Part shown: piece by piece, positions 37,016 to 50,330 of the stretch
How the letters are laid out: every line of letters starts with the position of its first letter
Numbering within the stretch: the stretch's first letter is position 1
Assembly: GCF_006345805.1 (NCBI RefSeq)
Contig: NC_042997.1
Location: 146,072,001-146,136,000, forward strand
Length of the DNA: 64,000 nucleotides
Direction: 5' to 3'
Source: Octopus sinensis
Lineage: Eukaryota
Made by a program: the position numbers and the translations under genes
Notes under the pieces: model-generated
Seen by the model: the letters and a program-made list of their open reading frames with translations, nothing else
What the model was told of the DNA's origin: nothing
The model's database searches: none

Positions 37016-37035
37016 ACACACACACACACACACAC

Positions 37036-37121
<86 letters not shown>

Positions 37122-37395
37122 ATATATATATATACATACATACATACATGCAGCGCGAAGTTTATGAATGAACAGGTTGCGGTTTCAAATCAACGAAAAT
37201 ATTTTGACACGAATTAGATTTAAATCTTGAAGTGAATCTAACGCTGTTTTGTTTGTTCTTAAATAGTTTATAAACATCTTCCACGCTGCAATTGTTTTTG
37301 TTTCAGCACACGATCTCAGATCAAGTCACTTGCTATGCAAGTACATCTCCGTAATACATACATATATATGTATATATATATATATATAAACAGAA

Positions 37396-37988
37396 GTTAT
37401 AAACAGTAGCTGCAACACATCGTGACGTATATTTGCCATTTAAATATGGTTAACCCATAAGGGTGGATGCTACTGTAGTTTGTAGCCCCAGGAGGACACC
37501 TCCCATAGCTGGCTATAGACACACAGGGCACAGAAAGTGTGTCTAAAGCCAGCTGGAGGAGGTGTCCTCCTAGGGCTACAAACTACAGTAGCATCCACCC
37601 TTAGGGGTTAGCCATATTTAAATGGCAAATATACGTCACGATGTGTTGCAGCAACTGTTTATAACTCGCTCTAAGATTTACTATTGCTTGTTTACACTTT
37701 TTCGATATCAGTGTCTTTACGATACTGGAAAAAGTATATGTATTTGTGAAGGGAACCTACTTTTCATCGACAACTGTGATCGTCACACGCCGATGACTGG
37801 TCAATATCCAGAAACTCGAGTCCGTGTGTATCGTAAGTTGGAGACGGGAAGTATGGCTTCCCTTTTCAAATACTGATAGGGCACAGAAAGTGTGTCTATA
37901 GCCAGCTGGAGGAGGTGTCCTCCTGGGGCTACAAACTACAGTAGCATCCACCCTTAGGGGTTAGCCATATTTAAATAACAAATATACG

Positions 37989-37992
<4 letters not shown>
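37396..37992. repeat. Foldback hairpin (37396-37665) fused to a direct repeat with 353-bp period
   Basis: Arms 37396-37524 and 37537-37665 with a 12-nt loop; AGGGCACAGAAAGTGTG recurs at 37525 and 37878. Confidence 0.9.
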
Positions 37993-38067
<75 letters not shown>

Positions 38068-38375
38068 TATATATATATAGTGTGTGTGCGTGCATGTGTG
38101 TGTTTGAAAATATGTTGCCGAAATACTTTAAGGAAAGAAAACGTCTCTCACTAATAACGGACCAAAAGTCAGCGAATGACTCTCATCTACCCAAAAACAC
38201 CAACACCGCGCAATAGGACAGTCCCATCACAAATAGGTTAGATTATATAATGTATTTACTGAGGTACTACGAAATGGAGAGGGGTGTTACAACAGGATTG
38301 CCTATCCAATTGTGAGGTTAAGTCAAATTACAGTAGGATGATAATGATGGCGAAACAATATAAAAACCTGCTTAC

Positions 38376-38468
38376 TTCACAGACAACTGCTTGCATCATA
38401 GCTTCCAATCCTGCTTCTGGAATATCTGCATTGTTTGTCGTGAATGAATGCAACTTTTTGATAGTGCC
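38376..38468 (-). CDS. ITGB: Exon 9, betaI (GTIKKLHSFTTNNADIPEAGLEAMMQAVVCE)
   Basis: ttctcag/GTAAGC; NxDxPExG motif; phase 0-0. Confidence 0.95.
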
Positions 38469-38608
38469 CTGAGAAGAAAACAAACATGTTAATTCCTCAA
38501 AGAAAACTGTATTTAGTCACAAATAAAAACATTCACACACACACACACACACACAGATATTTATATATATATATATTAAAACACATACACTTACATACAT
38601 ATAAAGTC

Positions 38609-38639
<31 letters not shown>

Positions 38640-38713
38640 ATATATATATACGTAGACATGCCTGTACATATATAATCATATGTATGTATGTATGTATGCA
38701 AGGGAGTATGTGC

Positions 38714-38774
<61 letters not shown>

Positions 38775-38974
38775 TAAATAAAATAAAACATATGCATATA
38801 TAAAAACATATATGTACCTACCTACCTCTACATGTACATATACGCGCATATATGAGTACAGGACACTAAAAGGACGTCGAACACAATGAGAAACGAAAAC
38901 AGACACAAACCAAAGGAACTGGACATTTTTTTAAAAACAGCAAAAAAATAGAGTACAAGACAATTAACACATGT

Positions 38975-39005
<31 letters not shown>

Positions 39006-40149
39006 ACATTATATATATATATATATGAACAGAGCTAATAACGAGGTATTATCAATCCAGGCAAAATGCTTCATAAGCTCTCTGTTGATACACCAGGCTA
39101 ACAATATTGCTTAGATTAGTGAAGAACTCCAAGTTTTCTTATGGCAGTCTCCAAGGTTATGGTTCATCACAATTCTATATTCTAAATCTGTGGTTGGGCT
39201 CCTGTCAAACTAGTTTTTGCATAGCGTGATATATTGATATAAGACAAGTTGAAAATAATGGTCATTACATATTTTCCTTACAGTTGTTTCCAGTAGTCAT
39301 TATAGGTACGTTACTGTTCAGCTGAGAAATATTGAACTACCTAAAATAATTCATGCTACTTTCATCAGAGCCAATATGGTTATAACGGAGCAGAATGCTG
39401 AAGGAATGGTGCGTGCACAGGAGAAGGAGTGAAAAGAGGTACAGAGGCAAGTAGAAAAGAGAAAAGTGGAACAAAAATTACAATAGAGGGAAGAGAAGAA
39501 AGGAAAGAATAGAGGAAGGAACAGAAAGAATAATGGGATCATTTATAGAAGAAAGGAGGATAGGAAATTTGAGAAAAGGACAGTCAGAAAATATTAGTAT
39601 TTGTAATAAGATCAAACGTGAACATATTAGCATTGTTTTTAGGTCAGATATTCTCCAAATGGTGTGTTGAAATTTGATACGGGCTATTTACACACGTGGT
39701 CAATTTAAACCTTTAATATTTGGTCATTGGTGCTATCAAGTAGGGGAATTGTATTAGAAAAATGGATGAAATATCTGTAGTAATCAACGTAGAGGTTGAG
39801 AAAACTCTGATTAGCTAGCATATAAAACACTGATAGATTGAGAGATGTGAGTTTGAAATGAGATAAACAGTTAACTGGAAACAGCTGTAAGCCAAATTTA
39901 CTCAAATCAGGGAAAAGAGTGTAATCATCATTATTTATATTTTGGATCAAGGTTCCACTCGGTCTGAACATTTTGTCTTTCTTCCTTCTCGGCCCTTTTC
40001 TAGATACTCTGGAAAAAACATCATAGTCATCATGATAATCATTGCACGTACTCCTTTATCTGAATCAGAAATAACTGCCATTACACTTTCAGTCTATTGC
40101 TTCACTTATGATATTTAGAAATTGCGAGGTAGACATATTTTGTGCTTAC

Positions 40150-40237
40150 TTTGAATTCTTTTGCGTCTTGTGTTAATTTTGTAACGAGACGATATGTATC
40201 AACCTTCTTCCAGATATCATCTTTACCTTGAACTAAT
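40150..40237 (-). CDS. ITGB: Exon 8, betaI specificity-loop region (LVQGKDDIWKKVDTYRLVTKLTQDAKEFK)
   Basis: cttttctag/GTAAGC; phase 2-0 closes the frame; aligns to SYKNVLSLT...F of beta1. Confidence 0.85.
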
Positions 40238-40369
40238 CTAGAAAAGATAAGAAAGGAGTAAAGTTTGAAGTAATGTCAAATCTATATTATTCTTTTACGT
40301 TTCCACTTGTCTCTGTTGCTTGATTCCGGACATTCTTGGACACTGTCTATAAGAATTTGGAATTTATTA

Positions 40370-40572
40370 TACTGTTTTCCAAGGGAAAGGCAAAAGCCGA
40401 TATAGCTTGGCACCAGTGACGTCGTAACTCATGTCTACAGCTGAGTGAACTAGAGCAACGTGAAAAAAAAGTGTCTTGCTCAAGAACACAACACAGCCCG
40501 GTCTGGGAAAAGAACTCACAACTTTACAATCGTAAGCTCGACACGCTCTAACCACTGAGCCATGCACCTTCA
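40370..40572 (-). mobile_element. tRNA-derived SINE family C
   Basis: Matches 52880-53112 and partially 15600-15660. Confidence 0.8.
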
Positions 40573-40575
40573 CTT

Positions 40576-40803
<228 letters not shown>

Positions 40804-41518
40804 CCGTATGAGTAGAAATTAGCTGAAAGAACTTCTGTAGCCGCCATATATATATCAATCACTGGCGGCTACAGAGGTTCTTTCAGCTAATTTCTACTCA
40901 TACGGTATTGTCTGTTCAAGACTTTGATGCAAGAACACTTTCTGTATTGTACTGGACAGTGGGATTCAGGCTGGAACCGCATGTCCGATCGACTTAACCG
41001 ATTTGAGATGTTTTACTAAATCGATATCAATAGCCATTTACAAAAAAATTTTGGTTATATCCCGAGATATACCATAGTATACTACCAAGAATTAATGAGC
41101 GTAAGAGGTACTACATTTGGCCTTGTAGTGTATGTATCAAAAATGACTGATAAAACTGGAACATCTTTCATCATGGGTCCCGTGCCGACCTAGTGACAAA
41201 CAACAATCACAACAAGTGGGACAATATTAGTTCACAATCTCAGTTGGACACAGACACAAAAATCTCGCTAACGAAAATACGTTTGTATTCCAGCCAATCA
41301 TAGTAGTTACGTCCCCTTATACTTGGTTTGACTTGTCCACGTCGCTTGACGGGATCGCAGCAATAACTACCAAATTACTGGTAGCAATATAATCGATTAA
41401 AACAACCTTCAGTGTTGTTTGTTTTAGTATTGCTGCTGTCCAATAACTGAAACTAATAAAATTATTAAACAATTTATTGGTAGATTTATATATTAATAAA
41501 AGCATTGATTCAACTTAC

Positions 41519-41597
41519 ACGAAGGGAAGTACTGGTTTCTCCACAAATACTCCCGCTCCGACTCGGAAACTCCCCGTCATATTTTGCAGGCTTTCCA
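41519..41597 (-). CDS. ITGB: Exon 7, betaI (ESLQNMTGSFRVGAGVFVEKPVLPF)
   Basis: caccag/GTAAGT; equivalent of FRIGFGSFVEK; phase 1-2. Confidence 0.93.
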
Positions 41598-42051
41598 CTG
41601 GTGAAAAACAATGGATTATTTCTTACATAAGAAAATGGTAATATATGTATTGAGACGGAGGATGGTGACTATACTTAATCAACACTATAAACATACTGAG
41701 ATTATTGAGATGCGGTAAACGTTAATAAAATAACAATGCATAGGTTTAACGAAGGCCAATTATTTCTTTTCTTTGAGAAATTGCTTCACGCGCGCTAGTC
41801 TCGATTAACTGAAACTGGGAATAGGCAAGATTTGTAGTAGCTTTTTCAAAAAAATAAACAATAAAATACATCAATGTCTATTAGCCATTGCCTAATTGAA
41901 AAGCTTGTAATACATTTCTTGTTTAAGGCGGCAGGCTGGCAGAAACGTTAGCACGCCGGGCGTACTGGGGTCGATCTAATCGACTGCCCGCCACCACTCC
42001 CCCAAAACATCGGGCCTTGTGCCTAGAGTAGAAAAGAATATTTTTTAAAGG

Positions 42052-42478
42052 GGCGGCGAGCTGGCAGAATCGTTAGAACGCCGGGAAAAATGCTAAGAGG
42101 TATTTCGTATGCCGCCTACGTTCTGAGTTCAAATTCCGCTGAGGTCGACTTTGCCTTTCATCCTTTCGAGGTCGTTAAATAAGTACCAGTTACGCACTGG
42201 GGTCGATATAATCGGCTTAATCCATTTGTCTCTCCTTGTTTGTCCCGTCTGTGTTTAGTCCCTCGTGGGTAGTAAAGAAATAGGTATTTTGTCTGCCGTT
42301 ACGTTCTGAGTTCAAATTCCGCTGAGGTCGACTTTGCTTTTCATCCTTTCGGGGTCGATTAATTATGTACCAGTTACACACTGGGGTCGAGGTAATTGAC
42401 TTAAATCCCTTTGTCTGTCCTAGTTTATCCCCTATATGTTTAGCCTGTGGGCCTGCGGGCAATAAAGAAATATATTTC
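42052..42478 (+). mobile_element. SINE family A dimer
   Basis: Two units joined at GTAAAGAAATAGGTATTT; an internally deleted copy precedes it at about 41935-42030. Confidence 0.88.
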
Positions 42479-43274
42479 TTATTTGCATGGTAGTGACGTA
42501 ACAACCTAGCAACTGTGACAGAATTCTGGTCAAGCAGCTTTGTGGTATCTAGTTACGGCTCTTTATATTCGCAGATTAAATTCCACCTTTGGTAGAGTTT
42601 ATATTTTATTATATGGGGGTCGTCGAACCAAATAATAACGAAATAGTGGAGACGATTATATCTCCTATATTTCTGTCGTACACTTATTCTCATGTGCCGC
42701 TGTTAGAAATCAATGTTTTTACATTTTATGGCCTCCTCTTTTTTCATAGTAATTGTTTCAAATTTTGGAAGAAGGTCAGTAATTTCTTAGGTGGAAGTGG
42801 GGTTAGACGGTTATAATAAGGTATTTGAGTGGTGCTTTATTTTATCGTCGGTGAAAGAATAAGAATCAGAGCCTATTTCAGCGGGATTTGTAATCAATAC
42901 GTAAAGAGCGGTAAGAAGTTCCGCAAAGTTAAACTCGGCAGTATTTGGAGTCAGAGTGTAGACTGCTAAATTGTCATTTCCGTTATATAAACTGAATATT
43001 TCTGTAGGCACAAGGCTTGAAATTTTGGAGACCGGGCCTGTCGATTACTTCGATCCGAATGGTCGACTAGTAGTTCTTTTATCATCCTCGAAAGGGATGA
43101 AAGGGTTAGTTAACTACGGTGGAATTTGAACTTAGAGCGTACTTTTTTCACGTACATATAAATAGAATATTTTAAGGGAACTACAACCAAATAGATCTGA
43201 GTCCAGTATGTTTCTGTTACTATTCTGTCGATTCAGAAGGTTGAATTACAAAAATGGACTCCAATAGATTTTTA

Positions 43275-43457
43275 ACAGGGCAAGAGTAAGTCGATTACAT
43301 CGACTCCAGTATGGAACTGGTACTTAATTTATAGACCCCGAAAGGATGAAATGCAAAGTCGACCTCAGCGGAATTTCAGCTCAGAACGTAAAGACGGACG
43401 AAATATCGCTAAGCATTTTGTCTGGCGTGCTAACGCCTCTGCCAGTTTGCCGCCTTG
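43275..43457 (-). mobile_element. SINE family A
   Basis: Consensus match; further diverged copies at about 43005-43140, 43570-43700, 45445-45660, 54405-54618 and 63820-64000. Confidence 0.85.
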
Positions 43458-43949
43458 ACATAACTAAATATCGCAAATCATTTTGGCTGTCACTCTACCG
43501 TTTCTGCCATCCGCCTCTGTTGGGGACATAATTGAAAACATGATTTCTAATATCCGTTGAACGACTACATCCTCGGAGAAAGGGATATAGTCGATCACAA
43601 TGTTGATGATACCAGTGCTTCACTGTTATTTACTTTATGAATCCTAGAAAGATGAAACATAAAGTAAACGACGACAGAATTTGAATTTTAAAACATGGGC
43701 CTTAAAATATTAATTAAATGCACATTTTCCCTGTTGCTCTAAAAAACGATAAATATTATTTATTCCTGAGCACGAAGTTCCAATTTTTTTCGAGTGAGTT
43801 ACTGGGTAGTATTTATTTTAATCGTAAGAATAAATGGCAAAGTCTAATTCAGCAAGATTAAGCTCAATAAGACATAATTAAATAGACATAGCAGTTTTCT
43901 TCTGCGGTACTTCAAAATTCAATAGTTATTGAAAAATATATATGCTTAC

Positions 43950-44081
43950 CAAGATGTATCGAAACATTTGCTAACTCGGTAATGTATTTTTCCATTGTTT
44001 TTGATATATCGATAAGGAAAAACATATCCACGGCAGAATCTTTGGTTTGGTAAAACTTAAATGGAATTTCCACTGTTTGAT
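43950..44081 (-). CDS. ITGB: Exon 6, hybrid/betaI start with MIDAS (QTVEIPFKFYQTKDSAVDMFFLIDISKTMEKYITELANVSIHL)
   Basis: tttttag/GTAAGC; VD+++L+DxSxTM motif; phase 1-1. Confidence 0.95.
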
Positions 44082-44112
44082 CTAAAAAGAGATATGCGTA
44101 TATTAAATTCAA

Positions 44113-44154
<42 letters not shown>

Positions 44155-44158
44155 TATA

Positions 44159-44189
<31 letters not shown>

Positions 44190-44389
44190 ATTTATATATA
44201 TATATTTATATATATATATATATAAATGGGGTGTGTGTTGCGTACCGTTACGTAATAATTGAAAAATGCATTGTAAACAAACAACGACGAATACATAACG
44301 TATATGTATAAGAAACAGAGGGTCCCTAATTCTTCATCAGTTATCAACCAAAATGGTAATACTCAGTTTCGCACCATTAATGATATATA

Positions 44390-45189
44390 TGAAGGGATAC
44401 CGAAAAGTAACTGGAGACGTTCTCCGTGGGACAGGCCCGTTGCAGGTTAGGCTTCTACCGCTAGAGACCACTTGGTGCGACCCTCGACTATCAGTCTACC
44501 GACCGGCGTTTTTCGGTGACTGAAACGAAGAATCAGCGTGCTTCCGTGAAATTCTGTTTTCTGCTGGGGAATACGGCGACCGAAACAGCTGTCATGCTTC
44601 AAACAGCTTACAAGGACGCTACCATGAGCAAAACACAAGTTCAATAGTGGTTTTCATGCTTTAGAAATGGTCACTTGTCGCTTGGGAACCAACCTCGTTC
44701 AGGGCGACGGTCGACCTCCCTAACGAATGAAAACATCACGTAAATTCATGAACTGATCTTGGAGGACCGTCACCAAACAATTGACAAAGTTGTTGATATG
44801 GCTGGTGTATCCTGGAGCCCCTGCCAATGACTTTTGAACGAGGAATTGCGAATGAAAATAGTTGCAGCAAAATTTGTGCTTCGCTTGCTCACGGAAGATC
44901 AAAAGCAGTCACGACTGAATGCTTGTCGTGAACTGAAAGAACAGTTGGAAGTGACGAAAGCTTGCGGTATGGAATTTGCAAATGTAAAAGAATGAAGCAA
45001 AAATTGATGGAGGTGTTAAAAGATATCACTTTGCAAGAGTTCCAGCACCGTTTCGAAAATTGGAAAACGCGTCTGGACCGATGCATTGCTTCAAATGGAG
45101 AATATTTCGAAGATGATAAAAGAGTAAACATGTAAAACTAAGTAAATAAAATTCCGGCAAAATTCCAGTCTCTTTTGGGTACCCTCTCG
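44390..45189 (+). mobile_element. Internally deleted mariner element
   Basis: TIRs (T/C)GA.GGG.TACC..AAAG, TA-flanked. N-terminal transposase remnant QRASVKFCF...PRSGR...KFVLRLLT joined to C-terminal RLDRCIASNGEYFE. Solo TIR fragment at about 54252-54310. Confidence 0.88.
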
Positions 45190-45197
45190 TATTTATC

Positions 45198-45392
45198 CAA
45201 AAGGGTGCTAAAAAGTTCCTGACTTTAAGGATGTCGCGAAAGGCCTGGTTGGAGGTCCAACCTTGCAGTGTTTAGAAAAGCTGAAGGATTGCTGAATGAA
45301 GTGTGTGAATTTGTTGAATACAATCATAATTAACTGATCCTCCTGTATTTACTTTTACCGAAAGCCAGGAATTGTTCAGCGCTCCTTCTTAT
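45198..45392. mobile_element. Mariner-derived MITE
   Basis: Imperfect TIRs AAGGGTGCTAAAAAGTTCCTGACTTT / AAAGCCAGGAATTGTTCAGCGCTCCTT. Confidence 0.6.
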
Positions 45393-45863
45393 ATGTCACC
45401 CACCCACACTCATATATAGAAACTGAGAGATAGAGATTCTACTGGCTTCAAATTTTCGCACAAGACTAGCAATTACGGGGGATTGGGTAAGTCTATTGCA
45501 TCGATCCCCAGTACTTAACTGGTACTTATTTTATCGACTCCAAAAGGATGAAAGGCAAAGTCAACCTCGGCAGAATTTGAACTCAGAGCATAAAGACAGA
45601 CGAACTACAGCTAACCATTTTTCCAGGCATGCTAACAATTCTATCAGTTCGCTGCCTTAGATAGATAGATCACGTTTGGTCTAATAATAGTAAAATGGTC
45701 AAAATTTGGTGATGCTTGAGCGTATTCGGCATAAACTATTTTAGGAACAGATCACGCGTCGAAGCAATATTATACCCCGTACACTACTTTGAGCAAGTGT
45801 CTTCGATACCCACTGACTGAGAATAGTGAGTGAAATTTAGTAAGAGGATCAGCACAAAAACCC

Positions 45864-45968
<105 letters not shown>

Positions 45969-46133
45969 ACACACACACACAATCACACACGCATACACAG
46001 TATATATATTATGTATATGTGTGTATAGACACAGAAAGAGTATATAATATGTTCTTTTATTCTTTTACTTGCTTCAGTCATTAGACTGTGGCCATGCTGG
46101 AGCACCGCCATATATAGATATGTTAGATATGTG

Positions 46134-46199
<66 letters not shown>

Positions 46200-46389
46200 A
46201 TCTTTAGGACTGTATAGGACATGAGTGATTCTGTACAATTTCCAACTATTAAATTTCACTTAAAATTCATTGGTCAACTTGAAGCAACTGTAGAAGACAC
46301 TTACCCAAAGTGGAGCGCTGTGGGTTTGCACTCGGTGCCATTTGATAGTTAATGTCTGTGCTGATATCTTTAAATGAAGGTATACTTAC

Positions 46390-46471
46390 GAGGTCGTATT
46401 CTGAGGTGGATTTTCTGTGGCTGCATAACCACTGCTTTCTTAGTTGTTGAACCGTCTCTGACTTTTTCGTC
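46390..46471 (-). CDS. ITGB: Exon 5, hybrid domain (DEKVRDGSTTKKAVVMQPQKIHLRIRP)
   Basis: aatag/GTAAGT; QPQ.+.L.+RP integrin-beta motif; phase 0-1. Confidence 0.93.
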
Positions 46472-46510
46472 CTATTGTAATAATGATTATGCATATGAAT
46501 ATATATTTAA

Positions 46511-46713
46511 CCCTTTAGACTTCAGATTACTCTGTCAACTGTAATGCTTATTTACTCACATTGTTTTGAATGTATTATTCGTTATCTTGTAGTTTAGAGA
46601 TTTCGACGATGTGTATGCTTAGTTTTAGAATGGCATTGTAGAGCTGGTGTCAGTTTCAACATAAAACAGGCTGAATATGTTGGCCTGATATGGCCGCTTT
46701 GAATGCTAAAGGG
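46511..46713. mobile_element. piggyBac-like MITE
   Basis: TTAA-CCCTTTAG...GCTAAAGGG-TTA ends; a second copy in opposite orientation at 59674-59893. Confidence 0.65.
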
Positions 46714-48059
46714 TTACAATATAATGTTCTTGTTACAACACGTGCTCAAAATACTTCAAAAGAGCCTATGATTTCTCTACCTAGTCACGCTTATTATTTT
46801 ATTTCTATGCAATGAGAACCGACTTGGGTTCATACAACATCAACTTAAAATTATATAACTAAATATTTAAGGTGTATATAATTACTGTGTAGTTGTGGAT
46901 CTTTAACCACATGGCAGCCCTGATCTAGTAAACCCCTGATGTTTAAGATGTGACCAACCTGATTATATTTTATTTCAGAGACTACATTGCGTATTTTCTT
47001 TTTTTGTTTATAAGTGTGCTGGATTTTGACTACTTTTTGTAACATGTCGAGCGATATCGTAATGATTTTTTTCTCGTTGGTTAATACTATAGCTTCATGC
47101 ATTTATACAATTTAGTAGCTATATGGTAATTAAAGTACCGAAGATTTGGTTGGCCCAAATGCTATAAGAGAAAACACTTGCCAAAGGTGCCACGTAGCGG
47201 GACTGAACCCCGAAAACATGTCGTTGGGAAGAAAACTTCTTACCACACAGTCACAGAAGAAGGAAAAAATAATAGGGCACATTTACAGTTTTGCAAAAGG
47301 AAAATTCGAAAGCCCAAGATTATTTCTCTGTTAAGAAGCTCACAGCTAATCACGGGACCAGTGCCTATTCTGACAATATTTTTCTACATATCGCTGTAGA
47401 ACTATTCCAATCAAAACTTACATGCCAACAATTAACAACAAAGATGAACTGAATGACTGACAATAGATACTATATATATACCAAGCTTTATAACACTTGA
47501 TATAATTCATCCACGTACACGTTTCAATCCTATGTCACACTTGCACTCAGTTACCTACTACGATTCGTCAAACCACAAGTGGATGCTTAATTTATATTCA
47601 TATTCCGATAGATTTGGGTCAAAGCCTAGGCCTTTTGGGATAAAAATAAATGATTGATTGCAAACAAATAAACAGTATGGGACCCTTTCATTTTTATACA
47701 AATTTTTGCTTATCTGTGATTATAGCCAGCAGCCTCCACGATACTTGTGTGTGTATGTGGGGGGGGGGTGTTTAACTGTGTGTATGTGTTCCGTTGTGTA
47801 CTGTAACTTAGCAGTTTGACAAAGACTGTCCGTAAAATACATATTAGAATGGGGGGAAAAAAGCATCGGAGGGGCAATGCATACCATGCGCGCGCACACA
47901 GATAAAATAAAATTTAATAAATATATTCTCAGACGAATTCGTATTTCAACAAAATGACATCAAGAGTTATTTCCCCTTTTTATTGTTTATGCATATACAT
48001 TTTGATACACTCGTCCGCCAGTTTTGAAGATAATCAAACGAAAATAATGAGTTCGAGCC

Positions 48060-48225
48060 ACTCACCCAATGTGTACTTCAGCCGAATTTGGTGAAAATCC
48101 GTTCAGCAGTTTTCCAGTAATTTTGCAAACACACAGACAGACTAAGACAAGCTACTACAAACATAGAGACAGACAAACACACAGACAAACAGAAAAAGCT
48201 TGCGCTTACGCGCGCAGGGTGATAT
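48060..48225 (+). mobile_element. Possible Helentron-associated (HINE/DINE-like) non-autonomous fragment
   Basis: AAATTTGGTGAAAATCCGTTCAG block, (ACAG)n-like tract and 3' GC-rich stem; family call is from general resemblance only. Confidence 0.35.
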
Positions 48226-48341
48226 AATAAATAATGAAGCCAACATGATCGAGTAAGCATTGGAAGATGCTACACCAGTTTAACGGCATCCAATTAGTAA
48301 AACAGTGTAAGAACAAAAGAATATGCAATTAAAATATTTAC

Positions 48342-48437
48342 CTCAATCGATGTAATTGTGTACTGTGGATCATTAAAATCATTGCAACCATTGGCAATAT
48401 GCTTTTCCTTCTGATTACAACGCATGCTGGCATAATT
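48342..48437 (-). CDS. ITGB: Exon 4, PSI domain (NYASMRCNQKEKHIANGCNDFNDPQYTITSIE)
   Basis: tttcag/GTAAAT, phase 0-0, RC...GC...P motif. Confidence 0.93.
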
Positions 48438-48484
48438 CTGAAAGAATTAAAGAATGATTTGTTATACATACACGAAGCGGTAGT

Positions 48485-49190
48485 TAAGATGCTGGTTAAT
48501 GTTTACAATATTACCCGGAACCGAAATCAAAACTAAAAGAAATAGTGCAACGAGTGTAAAAGTGTAGGAAACAAGTATGGAAACAAAAATGCACGCAAAG
48601 CAACGGGGGTGGCGTGGATAGAGGACTTTGGAAAATTCATAAGATCCGAGGTTTTCCCTCATAACTTTTAGGAAAATGGTTTTTTTTAATGAAATTTTAA
48701 ATAAATACCTTTCAAACGGCATAGATTACGATTATAAAGAAATTTGTGGATAAAATATTTTCTAAGGGGGTGGGGAGAGGACACTTCGGAAAATTCACAA
48801 GATCCGATATTTTTCCCTCATAACTGTTAGGGAGATGGATTTATTGGAAAATGTTTTCGTTTTTTCGATGAAGGAATTTCGGTAACCTAATATGCCACAA
48901 TCAGCAGTTTGGGATGAATATATCGAGTGATTTTAAGAGGTATACTTTTTTACTCTTTTACTTGTTTCAGTCAATTGACTGTGGCCATGTTGGAGCACCG
49001 CCTTTTAGTCGAACAAATCGACCGCAGGACTTATTCTTTGTAAGTCCAGTACTTAATCAATCGGTTCTTTTGCCGAACTGCTTAGTTACGGGGACGTAAA
49101 CACACCAGCATCGGTTGTCAAGCGATGTTGGGGGGTACAAACACAGACACACAAACATATATATACACACACACATACATGCATATATAT

Positions 49191-49246
<56 letters not shown>

Positions 49247-50330
49247 TACGACGGTTTCTTCCAGTTTCCGTCTACCAAATACATTCACAAGGCTTTGGTC
49301 GGCCCGAGGCTATAATAGAAGACACTTGCCCGAGATGCCACGCAGTGGGACTGAACCCGGAACCATGTAAATCGTAAGCAAGCTACTTACCACACAGCCA
49401 CTCAGATATTTTGTTTTAATATTATACTTTTACTTGTTTCACACACACACACAAACACTAACGTGGTTTCTATAAGGATTTTGTATCATTCTTTCTCTCT
49501 CCTGTCCGGACCTCGATACCACTAATTTTTATAACATCAGCATTTTCACTTATTATTCTTTTCAAACTCGTCAGAATTTTCAATCTAATGTAATCCACTC
49601 TCTAGTAAGCGTATTTCTGCAAAATTTTATCTCAAAATATGAGTAAAGAAAGGGGGCTAATGCAGTTTTGCATCTCACCTTCAAAAATGCGTTTAAAATC
49701 TTCGGATTCTTAGTTATGGTAAAGGTGCACTTGTAAAAATTTAATGAAATTTTAAAGAAAGAAACAGCCCACGTTTTCCAAACAAAAAAAGTGTTGTGTG
49801 GCATATTAGGTCATCGTAATCCATTCATCGAAAAAATCAAAAACATTTTCCAATAATTCCGGTTCCCCGCCCCTTTTATTCCGAAGAAAAATAAGAAATT
49901 TGCGGCACATTAGGCATCCGTAATGCATGCCATTTGAAAGGTATTTATATACAATTTCATTAAGAGATATAAATTTTCCTCAAAGTTACGAGGGAAAAAA
50001 TCGGGTCTTGTGAATTTTCCCAAAGTCCTCTTCCCATCCCCTCAGAAAAGATTTTCCACACACATTTCTTTATAACCGTAATGTATGCCCTTTGAAAGGT
50101 ATTTATATGAAATTTCATTAAAAAACCCCATTTTCTTAAAAGTTATGAGGGAAAAACTCGGATCTTATGAATTTTCCGAACTCTTCTCCACCACCCGTTG
50201 CTTTACGCGCATTTTTGTTTTCATATTCGTTTCCTACACTTTTTACACCCGTTGCACTATTTGTTTTGTTACATTTCCGGGTAATATTGTAAATATTAAC
50301 CAAGATGTTTAATGTTTCGTTAATCACGTA
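48485..50330. mobile_element. Large foldback/TIR element with internally repetitive arms, carrying a nested SINE B (48950-49403, minus strand)
   Basis: About 48485-48900 and 49790-50330 are inverted copies; the mirrored ORFs MPFERYL... at 48462-48722(-) and 50085-50312(+) confirm this. Confidence 0.75.

Noticed and set aside
37150-37360. Hammerhead-like topology (stem, GAAA, palindromic AATATT)
   Set aside because: The CUGANGA core is absent and the stems are degenerate in this copy.
37450-37536. Possible HDV-like ribozyme in the foldback unit
   Set aside because: P1 could be drawn, but P1.1, P3 and the catalytic J4/2 cytosine could not be fitted consistently.
39040-40020. 88-aa ORF (39705-39971) and a purine-rich tract
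   Set aside because: No recognisable domain or splice pairing; probably an old repeat, but I cannot support a call.
41317-41505. ORF or possible extra exon in the specificity-loop intron
   Set aside because: No phase 2-2 donor, no cysteine loop, no similarity.
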